A DNA stretch of 64,000 nucleotides from Longimicrobiales bacterium (lineage in GTDB: Bacteria > Gemmatimonadota > Gemmatimonadetes > Longimicrobiales > Gaopeijiaceae). Positions 17,868 through 28,101 of the stretch are shown piece by piece. The DNA lies in assembly GCA_965249725.1 (NCBI GenBank), contig CBDFMQ010000002.1, positions 1,952,001 to 2,016,000 on the forward strand. Reading direction: 5' to 3'. Under the pieces are notes generated by a model. The model was not told where the DNA came from. It saw nothing but the letters and a program-made list of their open reading frames with translations, and made no database searches. The first letter of the stretch is position 1. Each line of letters starts with the position of its first letter. Both the position numbers and the translations under genes were made by a program.

Positions 17868-18791
17868 TCACGTAGATCCTCCCAGGGCGGTCTGGATTTG
17901 CACCTTTCGCGCTTTGCGCATGGTGTAAACCTGGGCGATTTCTCCGCTCAGAATAAACACTACCGATGCGTAATAGATCCAGAAGAACAAGACTACCAAG
18001 GTGGTCAGATTCCCATACGTGGAGCGGTAGTCCGCCACCGACGTGGCGTACCATCCGAATCCCCACTTCATGACTTCGTAGGACAACGCCATGACGGTCG
18101 CGGCCAGCCACGTCGTTCGCCACTGAATCCGTCGAGCCGGTACGTACCAATAGATCAGGGCGAAGAGTGCCCAAATCGAGGTGAAGGCCAGAAGAGCCGC
18201 CAGCCACCGCTGAGTGGTGCCCAGGAAGTCCGCGGGAACGCCGATCAGCCCCGCGCCCCAGCCGCCAAGGGACTGGAGAATGACGGTGATCAGCACGTTG
18301 AGGAGGAGCAGAACCCCGCCGATGACCACGAACTGGACGTCGAAGAGCTTGCCCCTGAGAATGCCTCGGTCCGCCGCGATGTCGAAGACCTCCCGCAGAG
18401 CGGACCGCAACGTGCTGACGAGTCGAGTGGCCAGCCAAATGAAGAGGAGAGAGCCCACCACCGAGTATCCTGCACGGCCCGCGACCAGGCCATTGATCGC
18501 CGATCCCAACTCGGCCATCAGGTCGATGTCACCGCCGACGGTGGGGATGTAGTTCTCCAGCAGGCGAACGATGACTTCCGACGGGTCGCCATAACGGGCA
18601 CGCAGCACGTACCCCCAGAGCCCCACGATCAGCAGAAACAGGGGCACGACCGCGATCAACAGGTTGTAGCTGATCGCGCCCGCCATGAAGAAGACGTTGT
18701 CCTCGGCGGACTTCTGGTACACGCGGTGCCAGAATTCCCTGAAGCGATTGCGGCGCGAGCCGAGTGGGGTCCCTGTCCCTGGTCCCGTCAC
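17868..18791 (-). CDS. YihY/BrkB family membrane protein
   Basis: AGAISY..L..VVP; TYG.L...V.L.FWIY. Confidence 0.88.
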   Translation of the reverse strand: MTGPGTGTPLGSRRNRFREFWHRVYQKSAEDNVFFMAGAISYNLLIAVVPLFLLIVGLWGYVLRARYGDPSEVIVRLLENYIPTVGGDIDLMAELGSAINGLVAGRAGYSVVGSLLFIWLATRLVSTLRSALREVFDIAADRGILRGKLFDVQFVVIGGVLLLLNVLITVILQSLGGWGAGLIGVPADFLGTTQRWLAALLAFTSIWALFALIYWYVPARRIQWRTTWLAATVMALSYEVMKWGFGWYATSVADYRSTYGNLTTLVVLFFWIYYASVVFILSGEIAQVYTMRKARKVQIQTALGGST

Positions 18792-18828
18792 GAGGGTCCC
18801 GGGTAACCCGGGTCTCCCGAGTCAGCCA

Positions 18829-19275
18829 CTACTTTGCGGCGGCCTCCTCAGAGGGACCGTCCCCGTCCTCGTCTGCTCCCACCGCCTCCTTCGCAGCCGC
18901 TATGCCGGCTCTGGCCGCCGCCTTGGACCGCTCGAGCCGCTCCTCGAGGTCGCCGCGCGCCTCCATTGCGGCCTCTCGCCCCGTCTCGACCGCATCCTTG
19001 ACGAGTCCCACTCGGGTCTGCACGCCGTCCCTGACGGTGTCCATTCGGTCCTCGAGAGTGCTTTGCGCCTCACGCATACGCTCTTCGGCGGCGATACGGA
19101 GTTTCTGGGCTCGCTCTCTGATCTCCTCCTGGGTTTCCTCTCCGGACTGCGGAGCGAAGAGAAGAGCTAGCCCCGCGCCTACAAGGGCACCCAGGAAGAA
19201 AGAACCGAATCCCCCGCCGCTGTCCCGCTCGACGATGATGTAAGGCAGGTCGTCTTGATTACGCATCGGATCCAC
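18829..19275 (-). CDS. YtxH domain protein
   Basis: FFLGALVGAGLALLFAPQSGEET. Confidence 0.85.
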   Translation of the reverse strand: MDPMRNQDDLPYIIVERDSGGGFGSFFLGALVGAGLALLFAPQSGEETQEEIRERAQKLRIAAEERMREAQSTLEDRMDTVRDGVQTRVGLVKDAVETGREAAMEARGDLEERLERSKAAARAGIAAAKEAVGADEDGDGPSEEAAAK

Positions 19276-19398
19276 TCCTGTGTGCTTCGATCGGCTGCAG
19301 ACAAAGGGCCTACCGCCATCCCTAAGATATCGCGCTACGGCGGAGGATCACAGGACCCGGAGCTCGACCCGGATCGCCCATGCTCGTTCGGCGAACCC

Positions 19399-20805
19399 CT
19401 ACACCCTCCAGCGCGCGTCGGGCGCGGGAAGCTCGGGCACATCGTGACCGGAACGGCCCATGAGTCCGTAGGTCAGCTTCTTCCCCAGCTCGACGCCCGG
19501 CTGATCCAGCGGATTCACTCCGTAGAGGGCGCCCGCGTACACGGTCGCGATGGACATCAGCATGAAGAGTTCGCCGAGGGACTCCGCGTCGAGCGTGTCC
19601 ATCTCGAAGGTCATGCTCGGGCGACCGCCTCTACGCAGGGCTTCGGCCGTGGCTCTGCGTTCGGCATCGAGTAGCGCCCCGAGGCCGTGTCCCCCGAGAT
19701 ACCCGACGGATGCCATGCCGGACCGGTGCTCGGCGATCTCCAGATCATCCTCTCCAGAGGCCTCACCGGCTCCCGTGAGGGCCAGGAACATCACGACCTT
19801 GTCGCGAGGGCCTTCCATGAAGAGCTGCACCTGCGAATGCTGATCGGTGACCCCCACGGCCGGCAGCGGTGTCGGCCCGGAATGGACGGTGTTGCCAGCC
19901 AAATCCTTGACCTTTCCGAGCGACTCCGCCCACAACTGCTGGAACCAGGCGGAAAACGACCGCAGGCGGCTCGAATAGGGCATCATCACGTGGATCGACG
20001 CGCCCGACTCGATGTGATACGTGTGCAGGAGCGTGGCCATGAGCCCCGCCGGATTCTCACCGAGCACTGGATTGCGACAACGGTCGTCCGCCCGGGCGGC
20101 ACCGGCCAGGAGCGCCGCCACATCGATCCCGGCCACCGCGGCCGGGAGCAGACCCACGGGCGACAGAACGGAGAAGCGTCCTCCCACGTCGGGCGGGATC
20201 GGAAGGCTGGGAATACCCTCTCCCTCGGCGATGGCACGCAGTGGACCCTCGCCAGGATCGGTCGTAAACAGGAAGTGGCCCCGCGCCTTCTCGGGACCTA
20301 CCTCATCGATCAGCAGCCCCTCTACGACCAGATAGAGGGCCATGGTCTCGGCGGTGGATCCTGACTTGCTGACGACGTTGAAGAGCGTGCGCCGGATGTC
20401 GATGTGCCCGAGAAGATCCTGGACGCTCCGCGCATCGACGTTGTCGAGTACGTAGATACGGGGAAAGTGGTCGCGCGCCTCTTCGTCCATCTCGTTCCAC
20501 AGCGGCCCCAGAAGCGCGTCACGGAGCGTTCGGGTCCCCAGGGCCGACCCCCCGATCCCCAGAACCACCACATTCTCGAACCACTGCCCGTAGCCGTCGG
20601 CCAACTCCTGAGTACGAGCCACCGTCTCCGAGGCATAGGGTAGGTTGAAGAAGCCCATTTCGCCCGACGCGCGCGAGGCGTCCACGGCCTCGTAGGCCTC
20701 ACGGAACCGCTCGCCTAGATCGGTCTCGAGTCGTGCCGGGTCGATCCCCTCACCGCCGAGGTTGGGGGCGACCATGTTGGCGAAGTCGATCGTGATGGGG
20801 GTCAT
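19399..20805 (-). CDS. pgi: Glucose-6-phosphate isomerase
   Basis: GIGGSALG, SKSGST.ET, VGGRFSV, QLWAESLGK, DQPGVELGK. Confidence 0.96.
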   Translation of the reverse strand: MTPITIDFANMVAPNLGGEGIDPARLETDLGERFREAYEAVDASRASGEMGFFNLPYASETVARTQELADGYGQWFENVVVLGIGGSALGTRTLRDALLGPLWNEMDEEARDHFPRIYVLDNVDARSVQDLLGHIDIRRTLFNVVSKSGSTAETMALYLVVEGLLIDEVGPEKARGHFLFTTDPGEGPLRAIAEGEGIPSLPIPPDVGGRFSVLSPVGLLPAAVAGIDVAALLAGAARADDRCRNPVLGENPAGLMATLLHTYHIESGASIHVMMPYSSRLRSFSAWFQQLWAESLGKVKDLAGNTVHSGPTPLPAVGVTDQHSQVQLFMEGPRDKVVMFLALTGAGEASGEDDLEIAEHRSGMASVGYLGGHGLGALLDAERRATAEALRRGGRPSMTFEMDTLDAESLGELFMLMSIATVYAGALYGVNPLDQPGVELGKKLTYGLMGRSGHDVPELPAPDARWRV

Positions 20806-21581
20806 GGAATCTCGATGCTCAGTCCGTCGTACGCCGGAAGAACCCCTTCCGGCAGGCCGTCCAGCAGCTCCTGATGGCGTACACGATGGGTCAGATGGGT
20901 CAGATAGGTGCGCTCTGCCCCAACGGCCTGCGCTGCCTCCACCGCCTCCTCGACGTTGAAGTGGGTCGGGTGGGGACGGCCGAACCAGAGCGCGTTTAGG
21001 ACCAATACCCGGACGCCGCGCAGCGTCTCCATCGCGGCGTCGGGCAAGAATTTACCGTCCGTCACGTACCCGAGATCTCCCACGCGGAATCCGTACACCG
21101 AAACGGGCCCGTGCGGTACCGCCACGGGCTCGAACGAATGACCCAGGACCGTCACCGATTGCGAAGGCTCGAACGGGAGCAGCCGAATCTCCGGCTTGGT
21201 CGTGCCCTCGGGCGGGCGGTAGCCGTCGTCGAAGATGTACTGGAAGCGTAATCTGAGGAGGTCTTCGTACTCGCGCGGTACGTACGCCGAAAGGTCTTTA
21301 CGGCGACGGGCCGTAAAGACCCGCAGGTCGTCGATTCCGTGGATGTGGTCTGCGTGGGCATGGGTGTACCAAACGGCGTCTACGGCCTCGACTCCCGCGC
21401 TGAGCAGCTGCAACCGGAGTTCCGGCGGGGTGTCGACGAGAACGGTACCGCCCTCGAGCTCGAGGAGCGCACCATGCCGAGTCCGCCGATCCCGAGGATC
21501 ATCGGAGGTACACGCGTCGCAGTCACACCCAACGACGGGCACCCCGAACGACGTCCCGGTTCCCAGGAAAGTGAGCCTCAT
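20802..21581 (-). CDS. MBL-fold metallo-hydrolase (PhnP-like)
   Basis: LGTGTSFGVP..GC.C..C; THAHADH. Confidence 0.9.
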   Translation of the reverse strand: MRLTFLGTGTSFGVPVVGCDCDACTSDDPRDRRTRHGALLELEGGTVLVDTPPELRLQLLSAGVEAVDAVWYTHAHADHIHGIDDLRVFTARRRKDLSAYVPREYEDLLRLRFQYIFDDGYRPPEGTTKPEIRLLPFEPSQSVTVLGHSFEPVAVPHGPVSVYGFRVGDLGYVTDGKFLPDAAMETLRGVRVLVLNALWFGRPHPTHFNVEEAVEAAQAVGAERTYLTHLTHRVRHQELLDGLPEGVLPAYDGLSIEIP

Positions 21582-21585
21582 ATGC

Positions 21586-23004
21586 TCAGAGCATCTCCAC
21601 CCGCATGGTGTTCGTGCTGCCCGATGTGTGGAACGGGTATCCGGACGTCACCACCACCGACTCTCCCCCGGTGCCCACACCCGCCGCGATCACCGCCTCC
21701 TTGCCGAAGTCCGTCAGGGCGTCGTAGGTGACCTCCTGGTCGACCGCCAACACGGGCCATACGCCCCACACTACGGACATCTGCCGGTACGTACGCTCGT
21801 CCGTGCAAACACAGAAGATCGGCACGGGGGGCCGATAGCTGGATACGAGCCGGGCCGAACGACCGCTCCGGGTGATCACGATCACGGCCGGAGCGTCGAT
21901 ACGGCGCGCCGACTCCACCGTGGCTGAGGCCACGGCGTGCTCACGATCCGTGGCGCCCCCCCTCGGCTGTGCATCGACGTCGGTATCGTACACGGGTCCG
22001 TGATCGAGGACGCCACTGGATTCGATCTCCCGCGTGATGCGCACCATGGCATCCACCGCGGCGAACGGGTGCTTTCCCACCGCCGTCTCGCCCGACAGCA
22101 TGATCGCGTCGGTCCCATCGAGAATGGCGTTGGCTACGTCGGAGGCCTCGGCCCTCGTGGGACGCGGGTTCTCGATCATGGACTCGAGCATCTGGGTCGC
22201 AGTGATCACCGGACGTCCAAAAGCGTTCGCGATCCGGACAATGCGCTTCTGGGCCAACGGCACCATCTCGAACGGCAGCTCGACTCCCAGATCGCCCCGC
22301 GCGACCATGACCGCGTCGGACGCCGCGATGATGGCGTCGAGGTCGTCGAGCGCACGAGCCATCTCGATCTTGGCCACGACGAGGGCCGACGTACCCACCC
22401 TGTCCTTGAGTTCCCGAACGTCCGCACCCTTCCGGACGAAAGAGAGCCCGACGTACTCGACGCCCTCGCCCAACGCGAAATCGAGGTCGAGGAGGTCTTT
22501 GGGTGTCAGGGAGGGCGCTTGTACATCGATGCCCGGGAGATTGAGTCCCTTTTGGCTCTTCAGCAGCCCGCCTCGGACGACGACGAACGAGGCCCTCTGC
22601 CCGGCGGCTTCGACACATTCGAGCTCGAGAAGACCGTCGTCGAGTAGAATGTGGTCGCCCGGCTGCAGATCCTGCGCCAGGTGCTTGTGCGTGGTCGGGA
22701 TGTCACCTGGCCGGACCGCACCCTCCGGCGCGATCGTGACGCGCTGACCGGGGTCGAGCTCCATCGGCGCGGCCAACTCCCCCACTCGGATCTTGGGGCC
22801 CGCCAGATCGGCAAGGAGGGCCAGAGGGCGGTCCAATTCCTCGGCCGCCGCCCGGAGGTGCCCGATGACCGCCTCATGACCCTCGTGGTCACCATGCGAC
22901 ATGTTGAGGCGCGCCACGTCCATGCCACCCTCCACCAGCAAGCGAACGCTCTCGGGGGACGACGTAGCCGGGCCCAGTGTGCAGACGATCTTGGTGCGAA
23001 GCAT
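21586..23004 (-). CDS. pyk: Pyruvate kinase
   Basis: RTKIVCTLGPA, RLNMSHG, MVARGDLG, TATQMLESM; start re-picked at ATG 23004. Confidence 0.97.
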   Translation of the reverse strand: MLRTKIVCTLGPATSSPESVRLLVEGGMDVARLNMSHGDHEGHEAVIGHLRAAAEELDRPLALLADLAGPKIRVGELAAPMELDPGQRVTIAPEGAVRPGDIPTTHKHLAQDLQPGDHILLDDGLLELECVEAAGQRASFVVVRGGLLKSQKGLNLPGIDVQAPSLTPKDLLDLDFALGEGVEYVGLSFVRKGADVRELKDRVGTSALVVAKIEMARALDDLDAIIAASDAVMVARGDLGVELPFEMVPLAQKRIVRIANAFGRPVITATQMLESMIENPRPTRAEASDVANAILDGTDAIMLSGETAVGKHPFAAVDAMVRITREIESSGVLDHGPVYDTDVDAQPRGGATDREHAVASATVESARRIDAPAVIVITRSGRSARLVSSYRPPVPIFCVCTDERTYRQMSVVWGVWPVLAVDQEVTYDALTDFGKEAVIAAGVGTGGESVVVTSGYPFHTSGSTNTMRVEML

Positions 23005-23176
23005 CCGTTTGGTCACGACGGCGCAAGGGAATGAGGCGAGTCGGCGCCTCTTCGAGGGTCTGTTCAAGCTCACGCTGGGCGAACGGTCGGGCAAGGCTCG
23101 TCCAGCTCCCCCATCCAGCACCCGCACCCAGCCCATCGCTTGCGTTCCGGGCCTGCCGGGCCGAACCTGCGTGCCA

Positions 23177-24325
23177 ATGACATTCGAACTGATCACAGAC
23201 CCGCGTGGCGTCGAGGAGTTGGCCAGCGTCCTGGCCGACGAGCCCCGTCTGGCCATCGACCTCGAGGCCGCCGGCTTCCACCGCTACTCCGATCGGGTCT
23301 GCCTCATCCAGGTGAGCGCCTCCGATGGGACCCACGTGGTCGATACCCTCACCGTGGACCCGTCCCCTGCCCTTCGGGCCCCCCTCGAGTCACCCGATGT
23401 GCGGGTCCTCCTGCACGGAGGAGACTTCGACCTACGACTCCTGGACCGGGATCTGGACCTGCACCCGGTCAACCTGTTCGACACCCAGACCGCGGCCGCC
23501 CTTCTCGGAGAGGCCTCTCTGGGACTCGCTTCACTCCTGGAGACGTACTTCGACGTGCGTCTCTCCAAGAAGTATCAACGCGCCGATTGGGCTCAGCGGC
23601 CCCTGTCGACGGAGATGCTCGAGTACGCCGCCTCGGACACCCAGTACCTCCACGCCCTGGCCGACCTGCTCGGTGAACGCCTGGAGACCCTGGGCCGGCT
23701 GGCCTGGGCGGAGGAGGAATCGACGCTCATGGAGTCGATCCGCTGGAGTGAAGACGGCAAGACCGACCCCGTGACGCGCGTGAAGAAGGCCCGCTACTTG
23801 GACCTTCGTGACGTCGCGCTACTCCGGGAGGCGTGGCTCTGGCGGGACGAGATCGCTCGAAAGAGGGACCGGGCGCCATTCAGGGTCGCCGCCGACCCCG
23901 TGCTTCTCGAGATCGTAGCGACCCGTCCCGGCGACGTCGCGGCGTTGGCCGCCACGAGCGGTTTCTCTCCCCAGCTCGCCGAGCGTTCGGGCAAGGCGCT
24001 CCTCACACGTCTAGAGCAGGTGGACCGGATGGAGGATGCCGACCTGCTGGGCTACCCGCGCACCGCGCGGTCGGGTCCCGGCCGGCCGCCGCCAGAGGTC
24101 GAAGAGGTGGCGGAGCGACTAAAAGTCGTGCGGAACCGGTGCTCCGACGAGCTCGGGATCGCCCGAGGCACACTGGCCTCCAACACCGTGTTGCTCGAGA
24201 TCGCCCGTGCGGGCCCGCAGAACGCTACGGAGCTGCTTGCCGTCCAGGGTGTGCGGCGTTGGCAGGTCGAGGCCCTCGGCGACGCGTTGGTACAGGCGCT
24301 GACGGACGGCGCTCCCCCGGCCTAG
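23177..24325 (+). CDS. rnd: Ribonuclease D (DEDD exonuclease + HRDC)
   Basis: AIDLE, LFDTQ, DWAQRPL..EMLEYAASD; C-terminal HRDC domains. Confidence 0.9.
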   Translation: MTFELITDPRGVEELASVLADEPRLAIDLEAAGFHRYSDRVCLIQVSASDGTHVVDTLTVDPSPALRAPLESPDVRVLLHGGDFDLRLLDRDLDLHPVNLFDTQTAAALLGEASLGLASLLETYFDVRLSKKYQRADWAQRPLSTEMLEYAASDTQYLHALADLLGERLETLGRLAWAEEESTLMESIRWSEDGKTDPVTRVKKARYLDLRDVALLREAWLWRDEIARKRDRAPFRVAADPVLLEIVATRPGDVAALAATSGFSPQLAERSGKALLTRLEQVDRMEDADLLGYPRTARSGPGRPPPEVEEVAERLKVVRNRCSDELGIARGTLASNTVLLEIARAGPQNATELLAVQGVRRWQVEALGDALVQALTDGAPPA

Positions 24326-24391
24326 CCCGCTGGGAATCCCAACACGCCGGAAGTCCCCAAGCCTCGGGGACCCCTGAAGAACAAGACCCCC

Positions 24392-24427
24392 AAAAGAGAA
24401 AACCCGCCCGAATCGCTTCGGGCGGGT
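24392..24427 (-). terminator. Rho-independent terminator after the dksA-like gene
   Basis: ACCCGCCCGAA-gcga-TTCGGGCGGGT followed by TTTCTCTTTT on the - strand. Confidence 0.8.
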
Positions 24428-24470
24428 CTCATATCCGGAAAGCAGTAGGCCGTCAGGCCGCCTCTTGGCG

Positions 24471-24851
24471 TCAGGCCGCCTCTTCCTCCTTGAGCTTGCA
24501 CTCGATGCAGTAACGAGCGTGGGGGAGCGCATCCAAACGCTCGAATCCCACCTCGACTCCACACGTGTGACACAGCCCGAACGTCTTCGGATCGTTGTAG
24601 AGCCGCCGAAGGGCCTCCTCGAGCCGGTAGATGTAGCGGCCCTCCTTCGTCGCGAATAGCGCCGCCTTCTCGCGCTCCATGGCCTCCGTGCCCTGGTCGG
24701 CCATGTGATCCGTGTACGCCGAGAGATCGGAGTCCATCGACTCCCGATCGAGTTTGGCCATGCGGTCGAAGAGTCCCAGGGCCTTGAGCGCCTTCGAGCG
24801 CTCGTCCATGAGCCGCTTCTCGATGTGTTTGAGCTGTGTCTTGGTGAGCAT
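24471..24851 (-). CDS. TraR/DksA C4 zinc-finger protein
   Basis: HMADQGTE coiled-coil tip; CHTCG...RL.ALP..RYCIEC. Confidence 0.9.
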   Translation of the reverse strand: MLTKTQLKHIEKRLMDERSKALKALGLFDRMAKLDRESMDSDLSAYTDHMADQGTEAMEREKAALFATKEGRYIYRLEEALRRLYNDPKTFGLCHTCGVEVGFERLDALPHARYCIECKLKEEEAA

Positions 24852-24960
24852 TCCGTATGCCTCGTTCAAGGACGGCTTGCCGCCCGATCGGCTGTAAGGA
24901 AGAAAAATTAATCGAATCGGAAAAGGGCGTCTACAAGGCCGTCTGTAATCGCTCACTTCC

Positions 24961-25956
24961 TCACCAACGAACTAGGGCACTCCCCCATGTCAGCCCCGAT
25001 CCGAACGCGGTGAGTGCGAGCAGGTCGCCCCGCTTCAACAAGCCTTGGTCGACGGCCTCGGCCAGAGCGATGGGAATCGTGGCCGCCGTGGTGTTCCCGT
25101 AACGATCGATGTTGTTGTAGACACGCTCCTCCGGAAGGCCCAACCGTCGCCTCACCATCTCGGAGATTCGCAGGTTCGCTTGGTGAGGGATCAGCAGATC
25201 GATGTCCGCGGTCTCGAGTCCGTTCGCCTCGAGCGCCTCGCCCACGGCCTCGGGCATTCGGGTGACGGCATGCTTGAAGACCTCCTTGCCGACCATGGTC
25301 GGATACTGCCGACCCTCCAGGAGGTCGTCGGCCGAGATCCGAGGATTGCTCGCGCTGGACGCAGCTTCGCACCAGAGGATCTCCGCGTGTCGACCATCGG
25401 CATGGAGATGGGTCGAAAGGACGCCTCGGTCGGGGTCGTCCGTTGCACCGAGAACGGCGGCACCGGCCCCGTCACCGAAGAGCACAGCCATGTCCCGTCC
25501 GCGCGTCGTCACGTCGATCCCCGTGGATTGGATCTCGACGCCCACCAGCAGCACCGTCCGGTACTGTCCCGACTTGATCCAGGCATCGGCCACCGACAAT
25601 CCGTACAGGAAACCCGTGCACTGCGTCCGGATGTCCAGGGCGGGCACACCGACGAGGCCCAACTCCCGCTGGAGAAACACGCCCGTTCCCGGAAAGAAGT
25701 GATCGGGACTCAGGGTCGCCAGAACGATCGCATCGACCTCGTCGGCCTCCATGCCGGCCTGAGCCAGGGCATCGGTGCTGGCCGACAACGCCAAGCTTGC
25801 ACTCGTGTCACCTGCGGAGACCCAACGTCGCTCCTTGATGCCGGTACGCTCGACGATCCATTCGTCCGAGGTGTCCATGCGCTCCGACAGTTCTTCATTA
25901 GAGACCACCCGCTCGGGCACGCAGAACCCGGTTCCGAGAAACGCTGTCCTGGGCAA
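24961..25956 (-). CDS. fabH: Beta-ketoacyl-ACP synthase III
   Basis: ERTGI.ERR, QCTGF, FGDGAGA, HQANLRI, GNT. Confidence 0.95.
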   Translation of the reverse strand: MPRTAFLGTGFCVPERVVSNEELSERMDTSDEWIVERTGIKERRWVSAGDTSASLALSASTDALAQAGMEADEVDAIVLATLSPDHFFPGTGVFLQRELGLVGVPALDIRTQCTGFLYGLSVADAWIKSGQYRTVLLVGVEIQSTGIDVTTRGRDMAVLFGDGAGAAVLGATDDPDRGVLSTHLHADGRHAEILWCEAASSASNPRISADDLLEGRQYPTMVGKEVFKHAVTRMPEAVGEALEANGLETADIDLLIPHQANLRISEMVRRRLGLPEERVYNNIDRYGNTTAATIPIALAEAVDQGLLKRGDLLALTAFGSGLTWGSALVRW

Positions 25957-26107
25957 AACACCCTCCTCGCTGAAGCCTCGCTCAATTGCGGGCTCTCATC
26001 CATCAGGCTCCCACGAGCCGGATCCCTCTCCGACTCTGTGGGTAGTCGTGGTCTCGTCACGATCAGGGGCGCCGAATTCCGTGTCAATCGGAGGGATCGA
26101 AGTCACA

Positions 26108-26386
26108 GTGGAAAACATCGACTGCCGACGCTGCGGACCGGACAAGCCACAGCTTGCGAGGGCGCCGTTTCGAACCGAGCTGGGGGAGCGCATCCAGGAA
26201 CAGATCTGTTCCGATTGCTGGGCCGAGTGGCTGCAGCACCAGACGCTGCTCATCAACCACTACGGTCTGGATCCGCGTGAGCCCAAGGCCAAGGACTTCC
26301 TCTACTCTCAGATAGAGCAGGTGCTGCTCGGCGAGGGAGACGGGGAAGAGATCGACACGAGCAAACAGGGCGAGATCGCCTGGTAG
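26108..26386 (+). CDS. Oxidative damage protection / Fe(II)-trafficking protein (YggX family)
   Basis: ELGERI...IC..CW.EW...QTLLIN. Confidence 0.85.
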   Translation: MENIDCRRCGPDKPQLARAPFRTELGERIQEQICSDCWAEWLQHQTLLINHYGLDPREPKAKDFLYSQIEQVLLGEGDGEEIDTSKQGEIAW

Positions 26387-26405
26387 AAGCCTGGGATCCT
26401 ACCCT

Positions 26406-28088
26406 CTAGCTGGATCCCGCGAGCACCGCCGACCGACAGGCGTCATCCCAGTCCAGACGGACCAGCATTCCACCACCCCATGAAGCCAGAAGCTCGACGG
26501 AGCCAGGGCACCGGGCGTCCAGTTCGTCCAGCGCGTCCTTGTGGATCCGACCGCCGTGCTCGAGCACCACGTATTCGATTCCGGCGGCGTCCCAAACCTC
26601 GAACTGCTCCCGGTTGGTGCCCCAAACCGGTCCTTTCCCCACCGGATGAAACCGTGCGCTGGGCGCGACGGTTCGCCCGGTGTGCAGAGCCAAGCCGGCC
26701 CACAGCTCGGGAGCACCCACCACGCCGTCCTCGGGAACGCGCCCCTCCAGCGCCAGCACGGCCCGAGCCAGCATCCGGGAGCGCGTATTGTAGGCCTCGA
26801 GGTGACGATCCTCTCTAAGGTGGAGGAGGCTGGCCCCACCCAGCCAAACGATCCAGCAGAGTCCGGCGATCCCCAAGGCGGTCGTGCGGGCTCGGAGTCC
26901 CCCGACTGCAGCCGTCCCCGGCGTCCTCCCGGCCTCGCCGCCGTCCTCGACCGGTGACACGAGCAGCCGTCGCAGAGATCGGAGCATCTCGCCCAGCTCC
27001 CGCCTGAATCCACAGATGAGAATCAGGCCCAGCAAGGGCGCCACCGGCATGATCAGACGGCGCTCCTGATACGGCCACATCCAGAGCAGCACGACCATGA
27101 GGCCAGCGGTCAGGACGGGGGTCCAGGACTCCCTGGACAACCGGTAGAGGCCGATGCCTCCAGCTCCCACCACCGCGACGGCCAAGACGACACCCCACCC
27201 GCCACTGGCGCCGGGGAACAGGACCCCGGCGAACCGGTCGATGAGCGCTCCAGCACTGGAAGCCATAACCGTGAGTGACCCGGCGCCCTCGGCCCCGACC
27301 TGTCTGGTCAGCCAGCCCCCATAGGGGCCCAGGGTGTCACGCAGTGGAGCCGGGATCGCCGTTGCCGCACGAGTCGACCAGACGATCCAGGGGGTGGCGA
27401 CCAGGGCCGCCCCGACGCCGGTCCAGACGGCCCAACGGAACTGCCGACGGAGCAGGAGCGCCACGGGCACGGCCGCCCCCAAGACCGCCCCCATCGTCCG
27501 TACGTGATAGACGGCCGCAAACGCAAGAAGGAAGATGGCGAGCGTCCTTCCCGTCGGTTCGCGCTCCAGACGTGATCCCGCCCAAAGCGCCAGCACGAGC
27601 ACGAGCAGAAAGAGCGGCTCCGACAAGGGCACCAGCGAGAGCCGCCACAGATCGGGCATGAGCCACAGGAAGCCCGCCGCGGCGCCGGAGCTCCTCCATG
27701 AGAAGTTCAGGGAGTGCAGGTAGGACACGAACACGCCCCCGCCTACGACCACGAATAAGAGGTTCATGACCGCGGCGAGCGATCCCTGAGCCACCATGGA
27801 CGGAGCGACCTTCCAGAGTGCCGCGAGCAGAAGGGGATACAGCGGAGGGAACTTGGCCCCCGGCGGTGAGCCGGCGACCTGCGAGTAGCGAAGTCCCTCA
27901 CCCTCCGCGAGCGACTGGCCCAGGAGGACGTACGCGCCGTCGTCGTGCCAGATTCCCGGGGGCACGACCTCCCATGCCACCACGGCGACTACGGCTAAGG
28001 CGCCGGCCGTAAGCGCCGCAACGGAAAAGCCCGACACCTCCCCTGACGGGGCGGTGTCGGGCGCTTCGTGTGGACCGGTGGCGGACAT
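26406..28088 (-). CDS. GT-C-fold (PMT/ArnT-like) membrane glycosyltransferase
   Basis: HDDGAY..L..SLA.G.G, KFPPLYP.LLA, LSEPLF; many TM helices. Confidence 0.65.
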   Translation of the reverse strand: MSATGPHEAPDTAPSGEVSGFSVAALTAGALAVVAVVAWEVVPPGIWHDDGAYVLLGQSLAEGEGLRYSQVAGSPPGAKFPPLYPLLLAALWKVAPSMVAQGSLAAVMNLLFVVVGGGVFVSYLHSLNFSWRSSGAAAGFLWLMPDLWRLSLVPLSEPLFLLVLVLALWAGSRLEREPTGRTLAIFLLAFAAVYHVRTMGAVLGAAVPVALLLRRQFRWAVWTGVGAALVATPWIVWSTRAATAIPAPLRDTLGPYGGWLTRQVGAEGAGSLTVMASSAGALIDRFAGVLFPGASGGWGVVLAVAVVGAGGIGLYRLSRESWTPVLTAGLMVVLLWMWPYQERRLIMPVAPLLGLILICGFRRELGEMLRSLRRLLVSPVEDGGEAGRTPGTAAVGGLRARTTALGIAGLCWIVWLGGASLLHLREDRHLEAYNTRSRMLARAVLALEGRVPEDGVVGAPELWAGLALHTGRTVAPSARFHPVGKGPVWGTNREQFEVWDAAGIEYVVLEHGGRIHKDALDELDARCPGSVELLASWGGGMLVRLDWDDACRSAVLAGSS

Positions 28089-28101
28089 GTACTCCCCGGA
28101 C

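Noticed and set aside
17300..17900. tmRNA next to smpB
   Set aside because: smpB is tightly flanked by coding genes, and no tmRNA-like ends were seen in the window.
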